Assembly (NCBI GenBank): GCA_900088475.1
Contig: FLMG01003138.1
Span: forward strand, 6,679 to 70,678
DNA from: Hyphochytrium catenoides
Lineage: Eukaryota; Protista; Hyphochytriomycota
Direction of reading: 5' to 3'
DNA: 64,000 bases
The position numbers and the translations under genes were made by a program. Positions 12,142 through 24,700 of the stretch are shown here, one piece after another. Position 1 is the stretch's first letter. Every line of letters starts with the position of its first letter. A model generated the notes under the pieces. That model was not told the origin of the DNA. It made no database searches and saw only the letters and a program-made list of their open reading frames with translations.

Positions 12142-15100
12142 TCAGCTCGACCGGTCCCTCTGACTATCACAACGATGTCTTTGAATAATCGTACGCCTAG
12201 CTGCAGGATTTGCTTCACGTGTTGTCTAAAGCTTAAAGAAAGTAGCATCCTCGAGGTCGAGATGGGAGCTTTCCAGGCAATGGTTATGGAGCTCCCGCCC
12301 CTCCGCTCCCGCGTTTTCCTGGTTATGTTCTCCAAGGCGACAAGATCTTACTCTTGTTGCGGGGGTATCTGGTGGAACCTCAATTCTGTTTATTTTGTTG
12401 TCTACTTGACTCCATGTATTCTTTTGGTCAAGGAGATTGCTAGTGGAATCGCTTCCCAAGGCCGTTGTCCGTGATGTTGCCTGTCATACTCTGAATGGAA
12501 AACCCGGCAACAAGGGCCCCTACAGAGTCGTGGACTATCTATATGGAGACTGGCTCCAACTCAAGGAAGGAGAAGAAAGGGCAGGTTCTTGAGGAAACGG
12601 CCCAGAGATAAGTATGACAGTCAAGAGAGGCAAAGATAGAGGAGGATTGTCCCCTAAGATGGCAAAGGAGAGATAGAAGCTACTGCCATTTGCTGCAAAC
12701 ATCAAATCTCTTGAAAGGGATTTCAAGACAAAGAAGATCATCTTCTGATCGCCTTTTGCCATCCTGATTCTCTCTCCCTTTAGCGCTTCTCTTTGCCAGT
12801 CATTCTGAGAAGAAAATCCTGACCTCAACCCCTTTCTATTATATGTTCCTGATCTTCCCTAAATACATAGAATTAACCGCTAGCACTTCGTACTGCCTAA
12901 CCTGGTCCACTGGCTGCTTCTGAGGGCGAACTACTCCGGCTGANNNNNNNNNNNNNNNNNNNNNNNNNNNNNNNNNNNNNNNNNNNNNNNNNNNNNNNNN
13001 AGTTCCTAATAGCCCAGCCCAATTGCCAGACATCCCTCCGCTTGATAGAGTCGTAGCGGAAGAGCTGGCAGACAGGGAAGGAACTGATGTGCTTCGGTGA
13101 GACCCGTAGGCCAAGTAAGGAGGAAGACCGTTAACCTGGCCGAGACCTGGAGTGGAGCTGACCATCGGGTGCTGAAGCAGATCATCAAAGGCAGCGGGAC
13201 CCTTGGCATTTGTGGACAGTGAGCGTCCCGTTCCGCCTAAAGCAACAGATGGTCCTGCTGGGTTGCCTCCTTGCGGCTGTGCGACGGGAGGCTTTGTAGA
13301 GAAGTCCAGTCCATTGAGTGGCGTATGAGCACCCGTTGGTGTTACATTGCCAGAATAATTCGGGGACGCAGTTCCTGGAGAACCAGACGATTCGCTTAGT
13401 CCTCGCGCTACGTTATGCACTTGCTCTTTCCAGTCCGCTTCAAACTTCATGAGCCGCTGTTCTCTCATTGCCATCGCTCTCTGCTTCTTTTTCTGGAACT
13501 CTTCCATGCGCTTCCGATGTCTCTCCATTTCCTTCCTGTGCTTCTCTTCTTCATCCTTCATAGCCTGCTCTAAAGAATAATCCCTACGATCAAATGCCGA
13601 CGTTGCGACTTTGAGCTGCCTTTCGTACTCCTTCTTCTTTATGTGCAGCGAAATGTCCTCTGTACAACAAAAAAGATGGCAGGTCAGCATCAGATGTAAC
13701 CCAGCCAGCTAATAGAGGAGATGGCGCTGAAGAGAGGCGAAACGACCCCAATTCAGAGGAGGTGCCAAAGCGAGAGCACAAAGGATGGTAAGTGGCAATC
13801 TAGACAGTACGTTTTCGCCAAATGAGACGATTGGATCTGGGAGAAGCAGACAACATTACCTCCCTCAAGCCGGAAGGTCGGTGAGCTTGGGTCAACATTG
13901 TACGCCAGGTTACCTGGAATAGGCGAAAGAGAGCCACCAGCATCCTTACTAGAGTCCATATCTGTGGATACCGACAGACCAGAGGAAGGGCCTGCACTCC
14001 CGCCCTGGCCCGGGGCAGCCTGCCCAGATGAGAGAGCAGTCTCTGGCATTGGCAATCCAGGGCTCACCTCTGAAGGGCGTGGAGGAGCAGCCAATGGCGT
14101 ATGCGCGGACGGCAGTGGAACCGAAACTGCATCAGGGATTGTTACTACGGGGGTCATAAGCGGTTCGGGAAGAGGGGCAGCAAGTGCTGGACTGAGGCTT
14201 GGATAGTCAGTGGCTGCCGCTCCGGCTGGGGGTCCCAAAATCAGGGTTGGTGGCCCTGCGGCCACCCCTCCTCCTTGACTCCTACCTCCGGGACTATTGG
14301 GCGGTAGCGTGCTGGCGTCTGAGCCCATGGACACGAGGATGGGCCCTGAGCCCTGCGCACGACCAACCGGCCTATAGTTAAATGGGTGAGGCTCCGGAGC
14401 ATCGTCCCAGATATCAATATGGCCCTTCTCGTAGCGCTTATTCTTTCCCTCCGTAACTAAATAAGCTATTGAATGAGCTATATCTTCAACTTCACTCTCC
14501 GGGATACCAACGTCAAAGGAGAGCTCACAAGACACCTCATGGGGACTGTCCGTGTAGAGGTTGAATGAGAACTTTATCTCCTTCGACCGCCCTGAAGAGA
14601 ATAAGGTAATAAACCACAGTCAGAAGTCGAAGGATGGGTCAAAATGGTGTATGCGCGGAAGGCAGTGGAGGAGCGGCCACTGATAATTCAGTAAGTGATG
14701 AGAACTGTGAAGGATGGGTCGAATCGCTGAAGAGGTTAAGCGTTTCCTGAAAGACTGTCGGATGAGAGGAAAGTATTGAAGAAAGAGCCGGGTGCTAGAG
14801 TAAAAATCTATGTAGAGAGACAGGAGAACCACAAGCCAATAGAACGCAATCAACCTACCTTCTAGATAGACCCGCAATAGCAATAAAATTGAGTTCTCAT
14901 GCTCCGGGTCAGGCAAAGACTTGATCTCATGCTTAGCCTTACGGCGCTTAGCACCTTCCACAGGAGGAACACCGGTCACGACGGGTCCGATCGACCCTTG
15001 AGATTCACTCTCTCCTGCTACGGAAGTGAGTGTCTTTCCAGAACCATCAGATGGTGTTGGGCCTTGCACTTTGGAGGAGGTCGAGGCTGCCTGGAGAGAA

Positions 15101-17057
15101 TCTCGGGGTGTCTTGCTGTCTGCTGGTGCAGCCGGAGGCTTGACCGCTTCCCCTAGCTGGTCCTTAGGTTCTGACTGCTTCTGGAAGAGTGCCATAAAGG
15201 AGCGAGCATCCGCCTCCTTTGCTGCTTCCGCAGCTCTCGCCGCCTTGACCACAGGAGAGAGACCCCACTGGGATTCCGGTCGTGTATCTGGCTCTTGAAG
15301 AACTTCTCCTCTACCTGACATAATCGTCATCTGTCGAGATCGTACACTTGGCTCTACATCGGACATTGCCTCGAGAATCCCCTCTGCATCCACAGGATGA
15401 TAAACGTCACTCTGTGGGGCCAGTGGGTACAAATGCTCCTCTTCTTCGCTCGCCCCTGAACCCCCACGGACTAATGAACCGTCAACTGCTACCGATCGCG
15501 TCACGGGAATGGAGCCGCGTCTGCTCCGGCCCGGAAAGTCATTCTTTCGATCTTCAAACTCACTTGTCTCCACTTCATCATCTACATCATGGTCAAGACT
15601 CCCGGTGTGAGGCCTCGCAGGCTCAGGAGCGTTATCAACTGCAAAATTAAGTAACACAAGGTAATAACATTAGCGGATGAAGGGATAATTCAATGATAGT
15701 GTAAACATCTTACCTATGACTTCCTCATCATCGTCCGGTCCTTCCTGCAAAAAAGGGCTACTGAGGAGATACTCAGCAGTAACATCAACCAGACCTCCGC
15801 CTCGAGAGAGACAAAGCTCAATAAACTCCTTTGCGCCTTTGTTCTTCACTCTTTGAAGAGCTGCAGGTCTAATGCCCTACAGGATTATGAGTAGTGCGGA
15901 ATGGAGAGCAAGGGATGTGTCAGTGACACAAGACACAAGCCAAACGTTAAGAAACATATAAGCTAAGGCTCTTATGGAAAAGAGCTCAGACATGTGACAG
16001 GAACGCCAGATGGCCATACCGCTGTGACTTTTTTATATATTTGTGCTGGATTGACACACTCCATGTAGGGAATCTGCTTAGTGATCATCTCTAGAACGCA
16101 CATCCCGAAGGCATAGATGTCGACTTTCTCGTCGTAGTTCTCATCGTACAGCTCAGGTGCCATGAACTCAGGGGTTCCTGTTTAGAAGATTTACCGAAAG
16201 AGACAGACAGAGAACAAAGGATGCAACAGTAAGCGATGGAAACTAGAATATATCTGTCATTTGATTGGGCTGACTTCTGAGCAATTAGTCATCTATCACA
16301 CGCTACGGGTAGTAGTACGGCAGGAGGAGACACGAACTCGGAGGCAATCGTACCTAAGACACTCTGGGCATTCCGACCCACTGCCATCTGTGTTGATAGG
16401 CCAAGATCACCAATCCGGAGATCCCCTGTGCTGCCGTTGATGAAGATATTGTCACATTTGAGATCTCTATGGATAATGGGCGGGTTATGGCTGTGCAGAT
16501 ACTTCAATCCTTCCAGTATCTGCCGGCACCAGCGCCTAATAATCTTCCATCGAACTAGCTGCACTCGCTTGATGAACCTTTGTTGGCGACATATTGAGGA
16601 TACAGAAAGTTCACAAGTCAGTGCATTGCGTCTAAGACTCAACCGAAGACGCTAGAAAACTTACGAGCTTAGGGTCCCAGACGTGACAATCTCTGTTATA
16701 AAGACCACCTGCTGCTTCTCCCTATTTACCCATGAGCCGTGAAAGTTGATAATATTCTTATGCTCCAGCGTTTGCAAGAGCTTCACTTCTTGAATGATTC
16801 TGTTCTTTTCAGCCTTGGGCATAGAAGCAATGTCCACTTGGTTCCAGGCAACCTCGATACCCTCGCGGGTGTCATAGGCCTTATACACCGTCTTGTAGGC
16901 ACCACTACCCAAGCGCGTATTGAACTGCAAGGGGAACGGACATAGGACGATTAGCATACAATGTTCGGGCAAAACAAAGCTATGGCGATTTTGATACCCG
17001 TATGTATCGTCCTTGAGGCGATCGGTCCGTAATCTCCTCCTCTGGTTGCATGGCCAT
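12142..17057 (-). CDS. WNK: WNK-family Ser/Thr kinase with a CCT/PF2-like domain and C-terminal coiled coil (3' end tentative; N-gap inside)
   Basis: [11 protein letters not shown] (catalytic Lys in subdomain I), VAWN in place of [21 protein letters not shown] and GTPEFMAPE. The segment [21 protein letters not shown] lies near 14535-14590. Confidence 0.92.
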
Positions 17058-17541
17058 CCTTCCCAGTACCGCTCGCAGCTCCCCAGGCGACGATACTCCA
17101 GAGCAAGCTGAGCGCTCTTATGGCAGCTCAGCGGACACCGCTATGCTCTTTTAGCCTCATCTCCACAATGGTTTTTGACAAGGGCAGCCAAGATTGGACA
17201 CAAGTGTCCTCTGCCCTAGGGCAGAAGTGCCTAAACCCTAGAAGGAGAAAGCCATGTTACCGTGTGAAGCTCATCACAGATTCCTTAGGTGACGCATATT
17301 CAACCTCCGAAAGGGCAGCAGTTCTGTGCTTATCTCGCTTGTCTGGACTCCAGCGCTGCTTCAAGGTAAGCGGTGCAAAGCCGGTCTGAGCAGGAAAGAA
17401 GATTCTTTCTTCTTTGTGGACCCCAATTAGTCACGCCAGAGGCATCACGACCATCCACAGACAGTGTCGGCACACGTTTACCCGCGTTGGCGCCCCACTT
17501 AAGAGCGCTGTCACGCACTTTTGAAAGCGGCAGGGCAGCCA

Positions 17542-17641
17542 GCCGAGAAAAAGCCAATAAAACTCGTGGAAGGAGGACGGAAAAAGCCCTGCCTTTCCGT
17601 TGTCTAATAATCAGACGGGGATTCAAGTCCCACTGTCGGCA
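17542..17641 (+). pseudogene. tRNA-Leu-like relic or tRNA-like structure
   Basis: Acceptor stem GCCGAGA/TGTCGGC+A (6 of 7 pairs) directly next to a 5-7-5 T arm GGGGA-TTCAAGT-CCCAC, with a variable-arm hairpin GTCT..AGAC. The D arm and A box are not recognisable. Confidence 0.35.
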
Positions 17642-19051
17642 TAGCTTACCGCCAAGCCTGTCCTCTAACAATACCTAGGAAGCCCCTCCCACACAGGAAA
17701 GCAATAACTCTCACAGGCTTTTCTTATAGTGCACAAGCAATAGGGTAAAAGAAGCAAAAGAAAGAGTAGAGAGAGAAAGACCAATTTATGAGAGAGGAAG
17801 AGGTTGAGGAACGATGCAATACAGAGCGGGGCTCGAGATGTACTCACAGAGAGAACAGAGACGGCGGTCTCGGCTTTGAGGACTGGCTTGTAAGTGAGGT
17901 GCTACTATTATGCTTTGAACCTTCATCTTCAAGCTATTGAGTGTGTGTTAACCCCAGAGGTCAATTAGTGCCCTTCATATTATTACTACCGGGCTTGGTG
18001 AGTTTCGAAAAGCCTTCCTCTCTCTGTGCTCTCTTCTCGTCCCTTTGCTCTTTTGCCCTGCCCTCCTCTTTCTCTTTCTTGTCTGTCTTTCCTCCCCTTG
18101 CGTCCCAACCCCCAACAGAATACTTTCCCTGTCCGTGCTCATCTTACAGCCTCACCCGCTCTGGCTCGATTGTTATAAACAGTAGAACTATCTGTCTTGT
18201 GTTCCTCTACCTCTCGCATCTTCCCTTTTTCGGTTCCCTTCCCTCATTACTCTTGAGCTTCCACATTTAGTTGGTACGAGCAGCAAGAAAGGACGGATGG
18301 GGCAGGCTTCATTTTTGCTTTTGACTGTGTTTGAATTACGCACGTGAATTGCAGGTTCCTCACAATTGTTCAACAAGGGCCCTTTCTTTAGAAGTCCTAT
18401 AAAAGCAAGAGTAGAAGGACAGGTCATCTCCTGTAAGATTGCACAGTAATTGTACGAATACCTGTAAGAAAACGCTTTACCTGCTGCTTTTTGTTATTTT
18501 CTATTCCCGACTTTATTAGCCTTCAGTAGGCCAGACCCATTTCCAAGAGCTATGGCCCTATTATTCAGCAGAACCACAATTATGGGGTTTCTGGGAAATT
18601 GCGGGCGGTGGGTGAGTAGACGATATCAAAGTCAATAGGTGCTGCAAAATCCAATTTATAAAAAAAGTACCAATAAGCGCATAAAAACCAGCTAAAAAGG
18701 GCCCAAATTTCACTTGTCCCAGCAGGTTACGATCCAATTTGGAGCTTGACCGAGTTTGTGAGTTTGACACGGTTTCTAGCTTGCAGCTTGTAGGTTACTC
18801 GTAGAGTCTACTACTACACTTTCCAATGATTAACTTCATAAGTGGATTTCGGACTTCAGAATTGCGAAGCACTTGTCGTCTTCTTGTTATTCTAGAGTTC
18901 CAGATCCCAGACGGCTCCGTCTTACTCGCAGATTCTACTCTTATCCTGTAGCTTGGCTCATCATCCAATCGGGCCCTTCATTGACAATCTTGGAGGATTC
19001 ATCTTCCATAAGGGCCGGGGACAGGGTTTTCATGGTAGAGAGGAAGCGAGA

Positions 19052-19959
19052 ATGACACCTGAACAAATTGCCTTCTTTGAGTCCAATGGCTACCTGCTAC
19101 TTCCAGGATTCTACTCTAGCGCGGATGTGAAGGAGATGCGGGCATCTGTTGCAAGGCTTCTGGAACAGTTTGACCCTTCAGAACACAAGAGCATCTTCAC
19201 AACGAATGACCAGAGAAGAGTAGCGGACGCCTACTTCCTCAACTCTGGCGATAAGATTCGGTACTTTTTTGAGGAGGATGCATTTGATGCTGACGGGAAT
19301 CTGAGAGCTGAGAAAGATAAGGCTATCAACAAGATAGGCCACTGTCTCCATGATCTTGACCCCGTCTTCAAGAGGTACTCCTATGATCCCCGGATCAAGG
19401 AAATTGCCTCTGCCTTGGGCTGTGTTAAGCCTCTCATCGCGCAGTCCATGTATATATTTAAGCAGCCTCGCATTGGGGGCGAGGTGGGTCCACATCAGGA
19501 TGCGACCTTTCTCTACACAGAGCCACAGTCCGTGTTAGGCTTCTGGTGGCCATTGGAACGATGCACAAAGCAGAACGGCTGCTTATGGGCTATCCCTGGA
19601 TCGCATAGAACCCCAGTTCGTCAGCACTTTCAGAGAAATAAGGATGAAACGGGATGTATCATGTCGCCTCCGACAGCTGAACCTTTTGATATTACAGGTA
19701 AGCAAAGGACGTTATTTTCTTTAGCAAATAGGTGCCTTTACCGCTTAATCACATCAATAATGTAGGAGCTGTTCCCCTGGAGATAGAGGAGGGCACACTT
19801 GTGCTGATACATCACGCTTTGGTCCACTTTAGCGAGGCGAACCGCTCCACAAGCTCCAGGCACGCATACACTATCCATCTTATAGATGGTGAAGCGCACT
19901 ATCCAAAAGCGAACTGGCTCCAGCGACCAGCGAATAACTGGTTTAAAGGGTTCGACTAG
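19052..19959 (+). CDS. PHYHD1: Phytanoyl-CoA dioxygenase domain-containing protein 1 (2OG-Fe(II) oxygenase), 2 exons
   Basis: INKIGHCLHDLDPVF, QSMYIFKQPRIGGEVGPHQDATFLYTEP (HxD) and HFSEANRSTSSRHAY. One intron lies at about 19698-19765. Confidence 0.93.
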
Positions 19960-20026
19960 ATAAAAGCGAAAGGTGCCAACCCAATTTTCCTCTTCCATCC
20001 CGCCTGGATAAAATACTCTACCATCA

Positions 20027-20992
20027 TCACCGGTTTCGACTGCTCCCAGTCCTTTCTAGATAGACGACATAATCTGCAAGCTGCTGAAGCTGTCCGAGAC
20101 CTTTGATGGAGTGAAATGAGTCTGAAGGACAACCAAGCACCCACAATCCTGAGCACTTTACCTGTATCCCTCGCTACGGGCATGTTTATTCTGGTTGGAC
20201 GGATAATTCTATGTTCTGCATCGACGGACCAGCCGAGCTCCTTGCATACTGCCGATCATTTTGTTAGTTTTGTCGTAGCTGTGACGAGGAATTTCTGTAT
20301 CTGGGGCCAACCTTGGTACAGTTGCTCTTCAGTGGTTCCGATCTCTTTCATTAGTTCCTCCGTCTTTATGGCGGAGTACGCATTAGAGACCAGAGTTATG
20401 TTCTTGTTCCTTAGGTTAGCTGAATAGAAGAGTTGGATCAGGCCCCCAATCTACCTCGCACCTCTGGTACACTCACCCTTCAGCGCTGAAACCATTGCTT
20501 GGGGTGCACTGCTCCAGACGTCATGATCAAACTTCTCAAAAGCAGATCGGAAGTCCCTGCTTGAGTTTGTAAGTCCCTCATTTCAAAGCCATCCCAATCT
20601 CTAGGTGGAGGTACTTGTACCCTTTCCAAAGGTCTTGCCCGACTCCCCAGCAGGCTTCGACTGCTGGTAAGCTCTTCATAGAGTGATCTAGGCGTTTCCA
20701 GAGGAATCGTGCACTGTCACTAGTGTTGAAGCTTAAACCTCTATGTCATTGGCAGAAAGCAGTCATGACCCTCTTACATGTCATTAGCCAAAAATAGCGA
20801 CAAGAAGTAGGTAACATAGAATTCTGGTTGTAAGGCCGTCCGTACTCTAGCAGCCTGAGAAACTGGAATCTTAGTTCATGGAATCCGGTGATTGGTCGAA
20901 CGAACCCTTACTCGAAGCTCCTCCTCCTCCAGAAGCGTTTGCAGATCTTCCCAATTCCCCGCTTCTATTAACTGCATATACGTGGCAACCAT
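20027..20992 (-). CDS. COPS8: COP9 signalosome subunit 8 (7 short exons; not in the ORF track)
   Basis: Spliced translation ...LFLANDIDSARFLWKRLD...ACWGVGQDLWKGDF...LVSNAYSAI...ELGWSVDAE...LGQLQQLADYVVYLE matches CSN8 motifs (ARyLWKR, W.VGQ.lW, AYssI, QL..LtdYV.fLE). Splice phases are consistent. Confidence 0.88.
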
Positions 20993-21748
20993 GGTGGTGT
21001 TGTTCTGAGCTTTCTAGCCAGGTAGAGAAGGTACGTCGTACCCCGTCCACCAAAGTATACCTTGATGTTGAGCCAATATCCCAGAGCAGGCTTATTTGGA
21101 GAAGGAACTTACGCAGTCGACATCTATAATAAAGAAGTGAGGGCAGAGATTGTGAGCAGAATCTCCTCCTCCTTGGTCATTGTCTGGTCTCATGATGAGA
21201 GCTTCACAGAGGTTGAAAGATCCCACTTCAGAACAATAAATAAGGGGACTGATGATCATGGACAGATAATGAAGACGAAAGAATAGAGAATCAAGGAGAA
21301 GAATCACTATGAGCGGTAATCCTAAGCCAATATCTTCCAGCGATTTGTTAGGCCTTTAAATAAAACCCCAGAGAAAGGTGTACTAAGGGCTTAAAGCACT
21401 GTCCTGACAGAAACGGACAGATGTTGTTGATGGCTTCTGGACCTGATGCAGTGAAGCTTGCTTGAGGTGAAGGTCGCCCTCCGCTGCTGCTGGAACCTGA
21501 GGCGCCTCTCGCGCGTCTAAGACAGCTCCAAGAGGATCTATATATCGCTGTCAGAGCACAGACCAGAGAATGAACTTTTCACAGCTTCGTGGACGATTCA
21601 CTCGCGGTGCTTGAGTCAGTAACACTGACTGCGAAGCCTACAGCCCCGATGGTGTTAGTGCTGAAGAATATCCCAGGCCCCTAACCGGTGGGGATAAGCG
21701 GACCCTATAAGGCAAGTGCACTTTGGGCGCCCAAGCATCGGAAGAGGA

Positions 21749-24700
21749 ATGCCGATCACTCCTGCGGAGGTGCCGCCAGGTCAGGCAATGACTCACCGAC
21801 GGCTTTCCAAGGAGAGAAGCACTAGCGTGCGAAGTAATCAATCGTCTACCTCGCTGTCTTCGCGACTGAGTGCAGAGCAGAAGGGGACCCTTGTTGTTAT
21901 TGGCCATATCGCCTCTGGAGATAGAGAGGACTGGAATGATGACTTTAGCGTAGAAAAGTTTTCTGATAGCCGAAGACCCAGCATATCCGAGACCAAACCT
22001 CTCGCACCCGCGCTCTCCGTCCGTCAAGAAGAGAAGCTACTGACTCCCTTCGCTAGTGAAGTCCCAAGCTCTTCCATAGATGGCCATGCTCAAGAACAAG
22101 GGACAAAGGCTGTAAATAGGTTTCCTACAGCATCTAGGGCGAGTGTCGTGGACAGAAAGAGCTCAGTTTGCTCATTGTACTACGACTGTGAGGACGGGAT
22201 AGGTGACAATACATCCGAGCCATCCTCTCTCCCCTTACCTATGCGGCCAAAGGTGGAATCAGAAGCCAGGAATGTGGAAGGGGCGGGCAATTTAGAGCCA
22301 GAGGAGGACTGGGACCAGGAACTAGGTCTCTCAGCGGGAGAAACGGATGTAAGAAGTGCAGAGTTCACGTCGCTAATAAATGGTTTCCGCAACATTGTTA
22401 AAATTCCTCAACATCAAACCGAAGACCAGGAGAGAAGATGCAGCGATACGGCGCAGCAAATTCCTTATCGGTAAGGGATATCCTTTCGGGGTTGCGAAGA
22501 GGCTTATAACCTAAAACAACGTGTTAGCCATATATGTTGCAGTGAAAGTGCAGCATCTCTCTTCGGGTCTTCCCTCTTTCACTTTCTCTGTTTACATCTA
22601 GGTGATTACCTCACTCTTGATGCTTTGCCTTGGCCACAATCATCACCCTTGTTTCGTTGCGCTAACTTCCTGCCAGATGCTGTCTTATGGAGCAGGTAAC
22701 CAAGAAGCAACAGCTAAAAATTTTGAAGTACCCCAAACCTCTCGTCCCTTTCAAGCTGAAGCATGAAGATGGGTATATTCTCCGCAGTGAGAAGATGCTC
22801 GAAGACTGGCTCAAGCAGTCGGTCAGCTCTAAGGTACAAACATAGAGAACTAGATAACAAGAGTTGAAGAAGAAAGAGATCATTGGGGATTCCGCGTACT
22901 AGTAGTAGTGAGCACCGCTTTTTCCGGGTGTGGCCTGATGCTGAAAGGTGTGTCGCGAGGTTCNNNNNNNNNNNNNNNNNNNNNNNNNNNNNNNNNNNNN
23001 NNNNNNNNNNNNNNCGCTATTCCCAACTCAATCGACTCATGCACCGTAAGTCCACGCCATACTAGTTGGGCTATAGGATGGTCAACCAATCAGTCTTGCC
23101 TCTCAATAGATATCATTCAGGCCCGGGTCCGTCCGAGTGGGTGTCACGGATACTTCTTGAGCTTCTGACACACGTCTCGTCTCCATTTAGTCTGCTGCTT
23201 ACCTGGCTGCTGAAAGGGCAACAGTGAAGGAGGATTTGGACCTACTTGAAGCCACTAAGAACAAGAATGCTTTCCTTTCTAAAATCCACGTTCGAGCTTA
23301 CCTCGACTGCTGCTGGAGTGTCCATAGGAAAGAGAAGAGGGCTGCTTGCTGGAAGATGATCGTGCGCTTCTTTGAAAAGCTGGAGGGAAAGAGGAAGATC
23401 ATAAGGAAGAAGTTATCATCTCCAGCTTCGCATTCGTCTGAGCTCTCTAATAGTGACGCTGGATGGAAGAGCACAAAGGCATCGCAGAGCTCCATCGACC
23501 ATTTTGAGCTACCTCCTGATATCGCTGGACCTGACGTCTCCAACTTAGTTCTGCAACTCCTAACACTTGGGATTTTGGTGCTATCACCAAACCACGAAGG
23601 TGAGACTACCTGGATACAGATTGGGGCCAGGAGGATGCCACGTGGGGCCATTTGATGTCTGATAGCAAGAAGCTGAAAGGGACGAAAGCGCAGGAAAGGC
23701 CCATACATACTTAGATTAGAGGAAATCGACGAATGGAAGGGGAGAACTCTACAAGAGAGAGTGAGACGGAGCTAGATCCGGTGCCCCGCCTTGGGCACGG
23801 GAGTTCTTAGCATTAGAATAGATAGTTGGGCGGAAGATCTGGAGCAAAGGAGACCGAGAGTCTGACTTGCGCCGGTCCCTTTGGCGGAACTATGCCAAAC
23901 TATCCTTCTATCAATTTCCTCCAGGGGGTCTGAACACAAGCACTACCAAGACTAAGTCAAAGCTGCGAAAGCGGCTGAAGTCGTTCGGGAAGATGCTGCA
24001 GACCACTGCTGCCGCTTTCCCTAGCCAAGCTGGTCAAGTGTCTCTTTCTGAACTCCGAGCCGTAGCTCATCATCTAGGTGATCTCACTAGATGGAAGGTG
24101 CCATATAAATGGCGTGCTCAGGTACGTGAAAAAGAGTGAGTAAGAGCATCAACAATACTACTTGGACCTCATCCTAATGTGAATGGGTAGAAGGACCCGC
24201 TCATTCCCGCCTCCCTCTCTTGGCTTTGCCGTACATCTCCGTACTCCCCGTCACTCCACTAAACCGGTGGTTCTCTTACTTTGCCTCTCTTCCACTTGAC
24301 AGTTCCATTTGTGTCCCAGCGCTCTTCCAGGTCTCAAGCCCGCACTCTTTTTCACGTCAGCCCCTGCTGAGCTTCCAAAGCATCTATTACGGTCCTATGC
24401 ACAGTGCTTAGTCTCCTCACGTCTAAGGAGGGAGCACCTCCAGGAAAAGCAGAAGCTTTCCCCCTCGTCCACTGGCCCCTCCTCTCCTCTGGAAAATGGA
24501 ACTATCAGGTGTTCTGGGGGAACCCTAAGTGGGCGCGATGAGGAAGCAATAGAGTCAGAACAGCTGCGTTTGCTCTTTCTCATAGTCTCATGCCTTAGCG
24601 ATCTGCAACTTTGCCTCTCAGGTAACTCTCAGTTCTCTTAATCCCAAATGTAACTCTGTCTCAACCCAACTTTCTCCTTTGGCGGCGTTCCAGTTATGCC

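Noticed and set aside
18953-19051. N-terminal extension of PHYHD1
   Set aside because: It depends on a TTG start. The first in-frame ATG (19052) matches the usual family start.
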